UHGV virus genome: UHGV-1365300
DNA from: a virus
Reading direction: 5' to 3' (one strand)
Length of the DNA: 46,618 bases
In this document: in pieces, positions 28,587 to 37,249 of the stretch
Layout: each line of letters starts with the position of its first letter
Position numbering within the stretch: position 1 is the first letter of the stretch
Translations under genes and position numbers: made by a program
The notes under the pieces: model-generated
The model's input: the letters and a program-made list of their open reading frames with translations, nothing else
The model's database searches: none
What the model was told of the DNA's origin: nothing

Positions 28587-29062
28587 AATACAAATACCAT
28601 AAAGGAAGTGAAGCGGATTTTTACGGCCATCCTGGCGCCATTCTTGTTGTGAAGTCAGCAATCAGTGGCAGGGTATACCATCCTGGCTTGGATTACGCAG
28701 GCCGAGCCAAGGATATCGAAAAGTATTGCGATATTGTTATCGCCCATCGTGAGCCAGTGAATGTTACGGAGGTCGGCGCAGAAATGTGGTTTACATCCCC
28801 AACAGAAGCCCTCATCACCGAGCGCGGCAGCCGCTATGGCAAATTCAAAGACGGCGCAGAAATCATGCAATCACTGAAAGACACCATGCGCGATGTTGAC
28901 GGCTGGAACAACCTGAAGGCAAGCCAGAAGGAGGCGCTCGACATGATTCAGCATAAAATTGGCCGCATCTTGAATGGCGACCCGACATACGACGATAGCT
29001 GGAAAGACATTGCTGGCTATGCAACATTAATTGTTAATGAACTGAATGGGGATGCGAAATGA
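28583..29062 (+). CDS. Conserved phage protein, 159 aa (ERGSRYGKFKDGAEIMQSLKD...HKIGRILNGDPTYDDSWKDIAGYATLI motif)
   Basis: The motif block looks like a widespread phage family of unknown function. I cannot name it reliably. Confidence 0.5.
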   Translation: MKYKYHKGSEADFYGHPGAILVVKSAISGRVYHPGLDYAGRAKDIEKYCDIVIAHREPVNVTEVGAEMWFTSPTEALITERGSRYGKFKDGAEIMQSLKDTMRDVDGWNNLKASQKEALDMIQHKIGRILNGDPTYDDSWKDIAGYATLIVNELNGDAK

Positions 29063-29322
29063 GCAAGTATGCCGAGTTGGATAAGCTAATTTTGGATAAA
29101 ATTGATAATGACACTCCGACTCCATTCTGTGAAATTCATTTCTACGAACGCGGTCGCAGCGATTTTAATAGCAATGTATTTACCATGTGTGAGGGTTTTG
29201 CAACAAAAACAGGCGAGGGGTTTCGAGTGCTAGACCGACGTCTGCAAGCACTGCGCAAGGCTGGCAAAATAAAAAGCGTGCCTGGGAAGGGGTGGATTAA
29301 ACTGAATGGGGAAGTAAAATAA
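29059..29322 (+). CDS. Hypothetical protein, 87 aa
   Basis: Coupled ORF. Confidence 0.45.
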   Translation: MSKYAELDKLILDKIDNDTPTPFCEIHFYERGRSDFNSNVFTMCEGFATKTGEGFRVLDRRLQALRKAGKIKSVPGKGWIKLNGEVK

Positions 29323-29528
29323 TGAACCATCCAATACCACGCATTGAAATTGACATGGTAGAGTTACAGGAACCTGCGCAGCGCGATTATCACCTCCCGA
29401 GGTTCAGTGAACCAGCAGCCTACATCATCACCAGCAATCGTGGGCGCCGCTATCTGGCTTTTGCTGGTAGTGTTGAGCATCAGAACGCAGTTATGTTTGG
29501 GTACAAAATGGAGGCGCTTTATGCGTGA
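29322..29528 (+). CDS. Hypothetical protein, 68 aa
   Basis: Coupled ORF, followed by a terminator. Confidence 0.4.
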   Translation: MNHPIPRIEIDMVELQEPAQRDYHLPRFSEPAAYIITSNRGRRYLAFAGSVEHQNAVMFGYKMEALYA

Positions 29529-29554
29529 CATTGGCTACGGAGAAGGTTAAAACA

Positions 29555-29580
29555 AAGCCCCTTTATGGGGCTTTTTTATT
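29555..29580. terminator. Bidirectional intrinsic terminator AAAGCCCC-TTTAT-GGGGCTTTTTTATT
   Basis: Between the + cassette and the convergent spanin gene. Confidence 0.75.
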
Positions 29581-30057
29581 GCGCAAAGAGTTGTACTGAG
29601 CCTGACATGTCAATCCTGCCTCTCTTGCTGAGTCAGCATATTCTGCCAGTTGTCTGTTTCTTTCGACAGATTTGCTGAGCACGTCGGCAAGCAAAACTCC
29701 GGTGTTTGAGGTTGGATTGCCAATGGACTCAGTGCGGGAATAATCGACGAGCTGCTTTCTGATTGTGGCGAGCTGTTGCTGCAACCTGCCAGACTTAACA
29801 GCAGCAGCGGAAGCATCAGCACGTGCGGCATCAATGCGACTCTGCGCTTCCTGTTCGATGGTCTTTTTATCTTGCTCATGTTGTTCGCTTGCCTCTTTGT
29901 CTTTTACCTTCTGCGCCTCTACGGCGGCCAGATATCCAGAGTTATATTTCGCCTTCCCGTAATTCACCCACTTCCCGTAGATAATCAATGCCAGAAGCGC
30001 TACGCCGATAATGGCCGCAACAACCTTCCAGTTAGCCTTGAGGATTTGCAGAATCAT
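29563..30057 (-). CDS. i-spanin (Rz-like): N-terminal TM helix + periplasmic coiled coil
   Basis: 164 aa. KVVAAIIGVALLALIIYG TM helix, then a Gln/Ala/Glu-rich coiled coil, as in lambda Rz. Confidence 0.6.
   Translation of the reverse strand: MILQILKANWKVVAAIIGVALLALIIYGKWVNYGKAKYNSGYLAAVEAQKVKDKEASEQHEQDKKTIEQEAQSRIDAARADASAAAVKSGRLQQQLATIRKQLVDYSRTESIGNPTSNTGVLLADVLSKSVERNRQLAEYADSAREAGLTCQAQYNSLRNKKAP
29610..29831 (-). CDS. o-spanin (Rz1-like lipoprotein) embedded out of frame in the i-spanin gene
   Basis: MPHVLMLPLLLLSLAGCSNSS... has a lipobox LAGC, is Pro/Ser-rich and lies entirely inside the Rz-like ORF in another frame. Confidence 0.55.
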   Translation of the reverse strand: MPHVLMLPLLLLSLAGCSNSSPQSESSSSIIPALSPLAIQPQTPEFCLPTCSANLSKETDNWQNMLTQQERQD

Positions 30058-30277
30058 TTTTCAGCGCCTTAATCTCTTTCTTCATGCCGTGCATTTTTCC
30101 AAACAGCGAGGCAAGAAGGATGCTGTAGCTGATCGCTTTGACCGCAATCGGCGGAATGGCAGATTTGAGGTCTTCAGGCATGAAAGCCCATACGTGAACC
30201 ATGGCGTCAGGCCAGAGCTGAATCAGCGAGCAGAATGATGCCCAAATGCCGATAAGCCAGTTGTTTAATCGCCTCAT
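30032..30277 (-). CDS. Two-TM small membrane protein, holin candidate
   Basis: 81 aa with two hydrophobic helices (WLIGIWASFCSLIQLW, IPPIAVKAISYSILLASLFG), between lysozyme and spanin genes. Confidence 0.4.
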   Translation of the reverse strand: MRRLNNWLIGIWASFCSLIQLWPDAMVHVWAFMPEDLKSAIPPIAVKAISYSILLASLFGKMHGMKKEIKALKNDSANPQG

Positions 30278-30711
30278 CCCATGTATACCTCACGCTCAGC
30301 TGCGCGGCGCTTGGTGAGTCCGTTCATGACCTTGCCGTTAGCACGATTCCACACCCGGAACTGGTCGGCGGCGCAGGTATAGCAGCGGGCGTTATGCTTT
30401 TTCAGCAGAGTTGATTTGCCAAAGTTACCAAGGCCAATGTTGTAGGCCAGTGACACCATTGCATCAAACTGACCCTGAGTGGTTGGGGCAGTGATTAGTG
30501 ACGAGACGCCACTTTCAAATTTCGCTACGTCTTTATCAAACCATGCGTCAGCCATTGCCTGCGTGACCTTCATTCCCGGCTTGACGTCGCTTCCGGTGTG
30601 ACCGTACCCAGCGGTGTACGGAGCGCCTCCGGTTGCCGGGTCAGGGTAGACTGCAAGCACCAAACCCTCATGAGATTTAATTAAATTCTTTCCGCGCGTT
30701 GATAGTTTCAT
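30274..30711 (-). CDS. Endolysin, GH24 T4-type lysozyme
   Basis: MKLSTRGKNLIKSHEGLVLAVYPDPATGGAPYTAGYGHTG... matches the E-G...Y.D..G..T.GYGHT signature. No SAR signal. Confidence 0.85.
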   Translation of the reverse strand: MKLSTRGKNLIKSHEGLVLAVYPDPATGGAPYTAGYGHTGSDVKPGMKVTQAMADAWFDKDVAKFESGVSSLITAPTTQGQFDAMVSLAYNIGLGNFGKSTLLKKHNARCYTCAADQFRVWNRANGKVMNGLTKRRAAEREVYMG

Positions 30712-30752
30712 TTGTTACCTCCGGTGATGCAGATTATTTTATCATAATAGCC

Positions 30753-30781
30753 TTGACGTAGATTGAATCGTAGGCGATGAT
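30753..30781 (+). promoter_or_regulatory. Promoter TTGACG-17-GATGAT (spacer begins TAGATTG), plus a downstream TGTAGTT
   Basis: TTGACG 30753-30758, TAGATT 30759-30764. Confidence 0.5.
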
Positions 30782-30809
30782 GTAGTTACACAAACACAGG
30801 GGATTCAAG

Positions 30810-31100
30810 ATGAAAAAATTTATCGTAGTGGCAGCATTCGCAATGGCTTCATTTGGTGCATCGGCTGGTGAACTTTGCGATGCAATGGGCAAGCTCGGTC
30901 AGACAGCAGCAGAAGCGCGTGACGCAGGCGTACCGAAGCAGGTTGCGCTGGCGGTATCAGTGAGCAGCAAGGCAAGCGCAGAGGCCAACGAAATCAACAA
31001 GGCAACCGTTGAGGCCGCATACCAAATGACAAACAAAACTCCGAAAGAAATGTTTGCCATTGCGCGTGACGTCTGCATCTCAACATTCGGTAATAATTAA
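30810..31100 (+). CDS. Secreted/periplasmic small protein (signal peptide MKKFIVVAAFAMASFGASA)
   Basis: 96 aa. AxA cleavage site, Ala/Lys-rich mature part with two Cys. Confidence 0.55.
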   Translation: MKKFIVVAAFAMASFGASAGELCDAMGKLGQTAAEARDAGVPKQVALAVSVSSKASAEANEINKATVEAAYQMTNKTPKEMFAIARDVCISTFGNN

Positions 31101-31227
31101 TGTGCCCGCGCCTGATGTTTAAGGCCCGTAATCGCTACGTAAAGCTGGTGATGCGCGGCATGGATGAGCATGCAGCATGGCTGAATGTGATGGGTGAACT
31201 GAAAAGCATTTATAACGGAGAGAAGAA

Positions 31228-32262
31228 ATGAAAACGATTGATTTGTTAGTTCAGGAGTTGCCGGCGCTTGGTGGGTGGCCGGATGGCGCTGTAGAGGCTG
31301 GGTTTCTTTGTAGTGATGATACGTTATTTTTTGTCAACAAGGATGGAGATTGCCCATCAGGATGGCGCATCAATATGAATCACGAGGTTGAAGACAGCTG
31401 GATTGAAGTCACCCGCGAACAGTACGAAGCAGCGCTGGCAGAAAAAGAACATCCATTGCCGTGGGACGAGAAAAACAAGCCATGCCCCACCCTAGGAGCT
31501 GAATGCCGTGGTTGCCCTGACTGTGGCCGCCGCGTTTCTTGCACCAGTGATGACATCACTGACGATGCAGTACGCACTGAAATGGGGATGAATAGCCGCG
31601 CCCTGGATGCCGCGCTGGCTGCCAAAAATGACGGCTGGATTGAGTGGGGTGGTGGTGAGTGTCCGGTGCCATGCGGAACAGCGGTTGACGTCAAGCATCG
31701 TTGCGGGGCGGTCAGCGAAAACCAGCAAGCGTGGCCGAAACATCATAAAGAAAGCGATGTAGTGGTTAATCCATTTTCTAATGCTGGGCAGGCATTTTGG
31801 CGGCATGAAAATTCAGTTGTGGATATCATCGCCTACCGCCTGCACCAGCCGAAGGAAGCGGAACACTCAGAGGAGAGCGAAGAAGACCTGAACGAGTGCA
31901 TCGGTCAGGATGCTGCGCAGGTTTGGGGAGGCGAGGGCAAGCCAGCTATTGGCGAGAAATGCGAGCACCATTCAGGAGGCCAATGGGAGGCAGTCACCAT
32001 TGCCGGGATATATGAAAATCTCGTGACAGGTTTTACCGATTATTGGATGGTCAAGGAGGATGGCAGCAGTTATACGGTTGGAAATCCATATAGATTCCGC
32101 CCAATCCGCTCAGAAGCCGACAAAAATCGCGAAGACGCACTTGATGCCATCTATGGTGCCATTGCGAGTGCAGAGAGAGCGCACAACCGATCTGATGAGG
32201 CTGACAAGGTTTATGAAGCAATCGCAGCCGGTAAAATCCCCGGCGTGAAGCTGGAGGATTGA
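31228..32262 (+). CDS. Hypothetical protein, 344 aa, with two Trp/Gly/Cys-containing repeats (WIEWGGGECPVPCG, VWGGEGKPAIGEKCEHH)
   Basis: RBS GGAGAG before ATG 31228. Acidic, no recognisable catalytic motif. Confidence 0.55.
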   Translation: MKTIDLLVQELPALGGWPDGAVEAGFLCSDDTLFFVNKDGDCPSGWRINMNHEVEDSWIEVTREQYEAALAEKEHPLPWDEKNKPCPTLGAECRGCPDCGRRVSCTSDDITDDAVRTEMGMNSRALDAALAAKNDGWIEWGGGECPVPCGTAVDVKHRCGAVSENQQAWPKHHKESDVVVNPFSNAGQAFWRHENSVVDIIAYRLHQPKEAEHSEESEEDLNECIGQDAAQVWGGEGKPAIGEKCEHHSGGQWEAVTIAGIYENLVTGFTDYWMVKEDGSSYTVGNPYRFRPIRSEADKNREDALDAIYGAIASAERAHNRSDEADKVYEAIAAGKIPGVKLED

Positions 32263-32265
32263 TAA

Positions 32266-32397
32266 TGAAGCCCAAGACAGCGCTCCTTATTGGTGTTATT
32301 TTCTTCGCGCTCTCATTGATAACAAAGAGCGATACTGACATTGTTATCGCACATGTATGGTTTGCAGTATCAGCCATACTTGGTGCAAAAAAATAAC
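32266..32397 (+). CDS. Small membrane peptide, 43 aa
   Basis: MKPKTALLIGVIFFALSLITKSDTDIVIAHVWFAVSAILGAKK. Below the track cutoff. Terminator follows. Confidence 0.3.
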
Positions 32398-32401
32398 CAA
32401 C

Positions 32402-32430
32402 AAGCCGCCATCAGGCGGCTTTCTTGTGTG
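32402..32430. terminator. Hairpin AAGCCGCC-ATCA-GGCGGCTT + TCTTGTGTG
   Basis: Ends the + cassette. Overlaps the 3' end of the minor head gene. Confidence 0.55.
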
Positions 32431-33355
32431 TATCCTGCCATGCTTCGCGCTGCTTATCGAGTCTTTCCTGCGTCTTCTCAAGTATAACCGGCTTGCCATC
32501 CATCACCAGCGCTGGAGTCTGCGCACAGTGGCAGTTACGGCGGTTTGCACCTTCGCTGTAGAACTCGTCAATCTCTTCAGGGGTGTAATACTTGCCATGA
32601 CGCGCAGCATGAGTGACGCGGGTTGTCTTCATCAGTGCCGACTGCCAGAGCATGATGGTATCCATGCCCAGCGTCACCTGTGCCTCTTTCACTTCCCGGC
32701 GATTAGCCTCGCGCAGGGTATTGGTGATTTCAGTCTGAGCAATTGACCGCGCATAGCTCCTTGATACATCCATGCGGTTAACAATGTTTTGCTCAACCAC
32801 TCCGGGTGCATCGCCATTTGCAATCCCAGCAGTGATAACTTCCGCCACCTGCTGCCGGGTATAATCCGAAAGCCCACCCCAATCATTGTACGTGCGCGTA
32901 TACGCAAGCTGAAGCCGGTCGAGATAAGGTTGAGAGTAGAGTATTTCAGCAAGCGGCCTGCTGTCTTTGTATGCCGACGACAAATCGCCAAGGTCGGAAT
33001 TTGCCTTCTGCGTACCGGCGTACATAGCGTCACTCACGTAAGATGATGCCCATAGCCTTCCATGCGTGAAATCATCGCCTTCCAGCAGCTGACCATCAAG
33101 AATGCGCTGAAGCTCATCAAAGAATGTCGATGCGCGGTAAGCGGAGAAATCATAATAATAATTTCCAGTCTCGGCATTACCGGTCGCCACAGGAATCGTG
33201 CGGAACAGCCCGGCAACCTGCGATTTTAGCGTCACATATCTGGCGTCAACATCGCGCACCATCTTATTGACGCGACCCACTGCGCCGAGTGGGTCTGTCA
33301 GGCTCATGCTTAATTTTGGCTGAGGGAGCCTGGCATTAATTTTGAGGAGGCGCAT
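32411..33355 (-). CDS. Head morphogenesis/minor head protein (SPP1 gp7/Mu F-like, by position)
   Basis: Directly downstream of the portal gene. Track start 33421 overlaps the portal by 85 nt. ATG 33355 (AGGGA RBS) or 33307 is more plausible. Confidence 0.5.
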   Translation of the reverse strand: MRLLKINARLPQPKLSMSLTDPLGAVGRVNKMVRDVDARYVTLKSQVAGLFRTIPVATGNAETGNYYYDFSAYRASTFFDELQRILDGQLLEGDDFTHGRLWASSYVSDAMYAGTQKANSDLGDLSSAYKDSRPLAEILYSQPYLDRLQLAYTRTYNDWGGLSDYTRQQVAEVITAGIANGDAPGVVEQNIVNRMDVSRSYARSIAQTEITNTLREANRREVKEAQVTLGMDTIMLWQSALMKTTRVTHAARHGKYYTPEEIDEFYSEGANRRNCHCAQTPALVMDGKPVILEKTQERLDKQREAWQDTHKKAA

Positions 33356-34784
33356 CGGTCTGTCCCTGCTGCTGGTCTTCCTGTGATTGCTGTTCTTGTT
33401 GCTGACCTTCCTGTAAACCATCAGGAAGCTGTGCCTTCAGTGGCTCCATGCCCACAATGCCGCGCATCTCATCGGCGGTCATCAGCGCCATCTGGCCTGC
33501 ATCGAATACAGATTTGTTAGCAGTGGCAAGTTTAACCAGCAGGTCGGCCTTGTTCAGTTCGGACGGCGCAAGCAGGTCATCCCATTTGCAGTAGTAGCCG
33601 CTTTCTGGCGCCTTATCCAGAATGCCGAAGGAAATCATCCGGTCAATGAATACCGAAATAATGTAATCCAGCCAGTCCTCGCGGCGTTGTTTGGCGCTCA
33701 TGGCGTCGTCGGTTTTATCCTCATCGGATGCAAGGCGGCCAGTCTGTTGACCAAACAGGATGGTGAATGGCTTCTTGATGGATGCTGCAAACTGGTTGGC
33801 TGCAATAGTCCAGGTGGGGTTTGGGTCGGCTGGTGTTACTGAGAGCACTTTGACATCGGCGCCCATTGTAAACATGGCCGCATCGATAGCCTCATTCAGG
33901 CGCGCCACATCCTCATTGAGCACATCAGCCAGCTCTTCCAGCGGCACGCCCATTTGCTGCGCCAGAGACTGAGCGGAAACGCTGTCTTTATTATAATTAA
34001 CGTTGAGCTGTCGGCTTGCATTCTTCAGGAAGCCCTCGGCGCTTGAGCCGGTGACTTTCGCCATGTCGATGAGGTGGTTATACCCGGCACGCAGGAGCGG
34101 AACGCCAGAGTAAATGGAGCCATCCATTGCGCCCTCGGCAAATACAATAATGCGGTCAGGATGAATGCTCAGGGAGCGCGTTGGTTTGCCGTCGCTGTTG
34201 CAGGCGCCTACTACCGACTCCTGATATTCGTACATCTTCGGCTGACCATAGTCCTCGCTGGCTTCGTCATTTTCCCACTCGCTGACGCGGAGCTGCTCTT
34301 CCCACGCCGGAATATAACGGACAATCGCAGCATCCTTGATGCGTTTTGTTTTCGTGGTGTCTACCGGCTCGTTCCATTGTTTTCCATCACGGATTTGCAG
34401 GATGAGTCCAGAGTAGCGGTTGATGAGGTTGCGGCGGTCTGCATCCTTGATGAATGGCGCAGCGCGCTTAAACAGCTTATTGGCGGCTTTCTCCCACGGA
34501 GTGCTTGCTTTATCATCGGCGCCTTCTTCGAGGATTTGCGGCGGAGTCTGCCAGCACTTATCGAGTACGCGATTAACGCCAGCGGCTGCCGGCGCATAGC
34601 GCTCATAGGCATAGCGGAACATTTCGGCGGTGATTTCTTCAGGGTAGCCGCATTCGACATACAGTCGGGTGTGCTTTTGGTCTATGTTTACACCGCCAAA
34701 CTCCCGACGCTGCCGCTCGATAAGCCTGTTATTGTTCGTCACTCGCTGCTGAATATAGGCGTTTACCGCCTCTAACTTTGACAT
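33336..34784 (-). CDS. Portal protein
   Basis: 482 aa, size and position (after the small-gene block downstream of TerL), acidic Q-rich C-terminus. Confidence 0.75.
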   Translation of the reverse strand: MSKLEAVNAYIQQRVTNNNRLIERQRREFGGVNIDQKHTRLYVECGYPEEITAEMFRYAYERYAPAAAGVNRVLDKCWQTPPQILEEGADDKASTPWEKAANKLFKRAAPFIKDADRRNLINRYSGLILQIRDGKQWNEPVDTTKTKRIKDAAIVRYIPAWEEQLRVSEWENDEASEDYGQPKMYEYQESVVGACNSDGKPTRSLSIHPDRIIVFAEGAMDGSIYSGVPLLRAGYNHLIDMAKVTGSSAEGFLKNASRQLNVNYNKDSVSAQSLAQQMGVPLEELADVLNEDVARLNEAIDAAMFTMGADVKVLSVTPADPNPTWTIAANQFAASIKKPFTILFGQQTGRLASDEDKTDDAMSAKQRREDWLDYIISVFIDRMISFGILDKAPESGYYCKWDDLLAPSELNKADLLVKLATANKSVFDAGQMALMTADEMRGIVGMEPLKAQLPDGLQEGQQQEQQSQEDQQQGQTDAPPQN

Positions 34785-34827
34785 TTCGTCACCATAAAAA
34801 ATCCCATCGCATGGATGGGATTATAGC

Positions 34828-35001
34828 ATGGAGCAGGCGTTATTTTATCGCCTGGTATATCAGGAATGGGGTCAGCCCAGTAACGGCTGCAAAAACGGTG
34901 CCAGCCACCAAATGCCGCCAGCCAGCGTTGTTCGCCTGTAGAGCGGCGTACCACCAGAATAAAAAATTAATTGGTATCCAGAACGACCAGAATAATTGCA
35001 T
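34828..35001 (-). CDS. Small membrane protein, 57 aa
   Basis: Below the track cutoff. Strong RBS GAGGTGAGGTG before ATG 35001. MQLFWSFWIPINFLFWWYAALQ... The track ORF 34772..34954 is in another frame and rejected. Confidence 0.4.
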
Positions 35002-35010
35002 CACCTCACC

Positions 35011-35211
35011 TCACTCAACTTTACTAAGAAACAGCACGCCAACCATAGACGCAATCAACATAAACAGCGCAATACGCAGTACGCCGATATTCATGATATC
35101 GCTCAACATCGGTGGCTGCCATTTGATGAACCATGCGACAGGAAAGGCTAGTGCGAGGCACGCCATGAATACCGAGAATAGCAAGGCCCACGCAAAAAGG
35201 AATTGCTTCAT
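35011..35211 (-). CDS. Two-TM small membrane protein, 66 aa
   Basis: Hydrophobic throughout. Confidence 0.45.
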   Translation of the reverse strand: MKQFLFAWALLFSVFMACLALAFPVAWFIKWQPPMLSDIMNIGVLRIALFMLIASMVGVLFLSKVE

Positions 35212-35432
35212 TTATTCACCTCATCATCAACAAGCGATCTGAACCATGCTGGATATGACTTCGCACCGAGTTTATAGTCAATGCTCTGCACGTAACGTGC
35301 CGCATCATCCAGCTTGTCGGAAAGATAATAAAGTGACTTCCTTGCTCCAAGAAGCATGGCAGCGAATACCAGCATCACAATCAGGTGCGGGTTGATGATG
35401 CAGAACAGGATTGTTTTGACAGTTTTCATCAC
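35208..35432 (-). CDS. Single-TM membrane protein, 74 aa
   Basis: N-terminal TM helix ILFCIINPHLIVMLVFAAMLLGA. Confidence 0.45.
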   Translation of the reverse strand: MMKTVKTILFCIINPHLIVMLVFAAMLLGARKSLYYLSDKLDDAARYVQSIDYKLGAKSYPAWFRSLVDDEVNK

Positions 35433-35437
35433 TAAAT

Positions 35438-35602
35438 CTACTCGCCATCAACCCAGCGTTGCAGGACTTCGATAAGCTGCGCGGCCTGATTGCGCGAAAA
35501 GACAAGTATTTCTTTACAATCATGGATAACGACCGCATCAACTCCACAATGAGCTTCACTTCTTATATGCTTATCTGAAATTACTTCATCTTCAATAATC
35601 AT
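35438..35602 (-). CDS. Small protein, 54 aa
   Basis: MIIEDEVISDKHIRSEAHCGVDAVVIHDCKEILVFSRNQAAQLIEVLQRWVDGE. Below the track cutoff. Adjacent to the HslV-like gene. Confidence 0.3.
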   Translation of the reverse strand: MIIEDEVISDKHIRSEAHCGVDAVVIHDCKEILVFSRNQAAQLIEVLQRWVDGE

Positions 35603-36087
35603 TTCATCCCCTCACCGTGTTTAAATTTATATGTTTTAACATTCGAGTCAGTGAAAGCATCCAGAACTGACGCAGTAATTACCGCCTGTTCAGCTGTCTG
35701 CCCCAAATACATGGCGGTCATAGCAAAGTCTCGCCCGCAACCAGCGGCAAGCGGAGGAATGACTGCGTAAACAGCTGGATATTTATTGTCAGGAATCTTC
35801 TGGATGGCAAAACAGTTCCCTTTATCTGTGAATACCCATTGAGTAAAGTCCAGTTCTTCTGGCATCTCCATAATATCATCAACGTTCCGCCGCATGAACT
35901 GCTTAGCGTATCGCTCATCACCAGCAGCGCCACTACCAACAATCAATACAGCCAGCTCACCGCAAATGAAAAACTTATCATTTGCATCAAGTACAAAAGA
36001 CTTCTGCTGGTTAGCCATAATAAGGCTCCCGGCAGTGGCCTGGCTATCGTGAGCAATCGTAACCCCATCCCATGCAATTGTTGTCAT
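35599..36087 (-). CDS. HslV/proteasome-beta-like Ntn-hydrolase (T1 threonine peptidase fold)
   Basis: MTTIAWDGVTIAHDSQATAGS... (Thr right after Met), GSGAAGDERYAKQF (HslV GFAGGTADAF), LAAGCGRDFAMTAMYLGQTAEQAVITASVLDAFTD (HslV IGSGGPYAQAAARAL...ALDIAGD). Strong RBS GAGGTGA. Confidence 0.6.
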   Translation of the reverse strand: MTTIAWDGVTIAHDSQATAGSLIMANQQKSFVLDANDKFFICGELAVLIVGSGAAGDERYAKQFMRRNVDDIMEMPEELDFTQWVFTDKGNCFAIQKIPDNKYPAVYAVIPPLAAGCGRDFAMTAMYLGQTAEQAVITASVLDAFTDSNVKTYKFKHGEGMK

Positions 36088-36118
36088 TTCATCACCTCAA
36101 TCATAAATACGATACCCT

Positions 36119-36358
36119 TCATAAATCACCGCCCTCATCATTGTTTAACTCAACATTCCGAAAGAAATCATTAATCGTCTTCAGGCCACTATAACCACGG
36201 CGCCGCTGCAACTCACACAGCACTTCATCATACATACGCAGAAGAATAGCCTCATCAACATCGTATCTTTCGCACAGCGCCTCATCAGACACACCAGCTC
36301 TTGCGAGTGAGTATATTTTTTCCTTCTGCTCACACGAAAAAGATGAGTATGCCTTCAT
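36119..36358 (-). CDS. Hypothetical small protein, 79 aa, possible HTH
   Basis: First gene after the leftward promoter region at ~36.4 kb. Confidence 0.4.
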   Translation of the reverse strand: MKAYSSFSCEQKEKIYSLARAGVSDEALCERYDVDEAILLRMYDEVLCELQRRRGYSGLKTINDFFRNVELNNDEGGDL

Positions 36359-36391
36359 GATGCCCCGGTGATGTAGTTATGTCAATGCGCC

Positions 36392-36420
36392 TTGACGTAG
36401 ATTCTAGCATGGCGTAGATT
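36392..36420 (+). promoter_or_regulatory. Promoter TTGACG-17-TAGATT (two CGTAGATT copies)
   Basis: TTGACG 36392-36397, TAGATT 36398-36403 and 36415-36420. Confidence 0.6.
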
Positions 36421-36446
36421 AAAATGAAACCTATCGGAGAAATCTT

Positions 36447-36737
36447 ATGAAATGTGTCATTTTCGAGCTTGATGGCGTGCTGCGCGATGCGGAAGGAAAT
36501 GCTATTGCTGGCAACGTTGCGCTGGCTAAGTCACTCTACTCTGCCGGGCATGACGTGCTTATCATGAGGGCGAAGTATGCGTATGAGTGGCTGCATGCTA
36601 ACGACGTCTTCTATGATGACATCATGGCTTCGCATCAGCAGATTGATGCAGACAGAGTGGCAATGGCGGTCGTGTCTGATGATGTGATTTATGCCGCCAT
36701 GCGCAATGCAGGGATTCATTGCTGGCTTTACAAATAA
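36447..36737 (+). CDS. Hypothetical protein with HAD-like N-terminal motif IFELDGVL, 96 aa
   Basis: Too short for a full HAD hydrolase, and the first Asp is replaced by Glu. Confidence 0.45.
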   Translation: MKCVIFELDGVLRDAEGNAIAGNVALAKSLYSAGHDVLIMRAKYAYEWLHANDVFYDDIMASHQQIDADRVAMAVVSDDVIYAAMRNAGIHCWLYK

Positions 36738-36751
36738 TTTATTATAAATGT

Positions 36752-36780
36752 TGACGTGGATTCGTGGTTGATGTAGATTG
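36752..36780 (+). promoter_or_regulatory. Promoter TTGACG-17-TAGATT
   Basis: TTGACG 36752-36757, TAGATT 36775-36780. Confidence 0.6.
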
Positions 36781-36796
36781 TAGTTATTGAAGCGGC

Positions 36797-36997
36797 ATGG
36801 GCCGCAGTAATGAGGATAAGACGATGACTAAAGCAACCATGAAAAAAACTCTGAAAGCCTGGATGAAGAATTACAACGTAACCATGGAAGATGCTGCGAC
36901 TATCGCCCACAAAAATCACCCTGCGCTTTCTGCTGTTATCGCAAGCGCTGAAATGGATCTGATGGTTGAAGGGTTACTGAATGCTGCTGGAATCTGA
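36797..36997 (+). CDS. Hypothetical protein, 66 aa
   Basis: ORF with upstream promoter. Confidence 0.4.
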   Translation: MGRSNEDKTMTKATMKKTLKAWMKNYNVTMEDAATIAHKNHPALSAVIASAEMDLMVEGLLNAAGI

Positions 36998-37244
36998 ATC
37001 TAAGGCAGTCGCCCTGTTCGAAAGGATGGGGCGAGAAAACATCGCGCAGCGGCTGGATGAGTTATCAAGCGCAGCCGATGAGCGCTATCAGAGTGCCGAC
37101 CATATCCCGAACGGGTGGACCGTTATTGATTTCATGAGGCCAGACGAGCGAGAGGAAAGGTATTTACTGGTGCTGGCGCTGACTTTGTGCACAGCCCCGC
37201 AGGAAGAAGCACGGCGGCGCATAATTGAGCGCCGAAAAAGATAA
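36981..37244 (+). CDS. Hypothetical protein, 87 aa
   Basis: Overlapping ORF, followed by a terminator. Confidence 0.4.
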   Translation: MLLESESKAVALFERMGRENIAQRLDELSSAADERYQSADHIPNGWTVIDFMRPDEREERYLLVLALTLCTAPQEEARRRIIERRKR

Positions 37245-37249
37245 ACAAC

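Noticed and set aside
34772-34954. Track ORF (60 aa, - strand) overlapping the portal start
   Set aside because: A different frame (34828..35001) has a strong SD (GAGGTGAGGTG) and a coherent membrane-peptide translation. The track ORF lacks an RBS.
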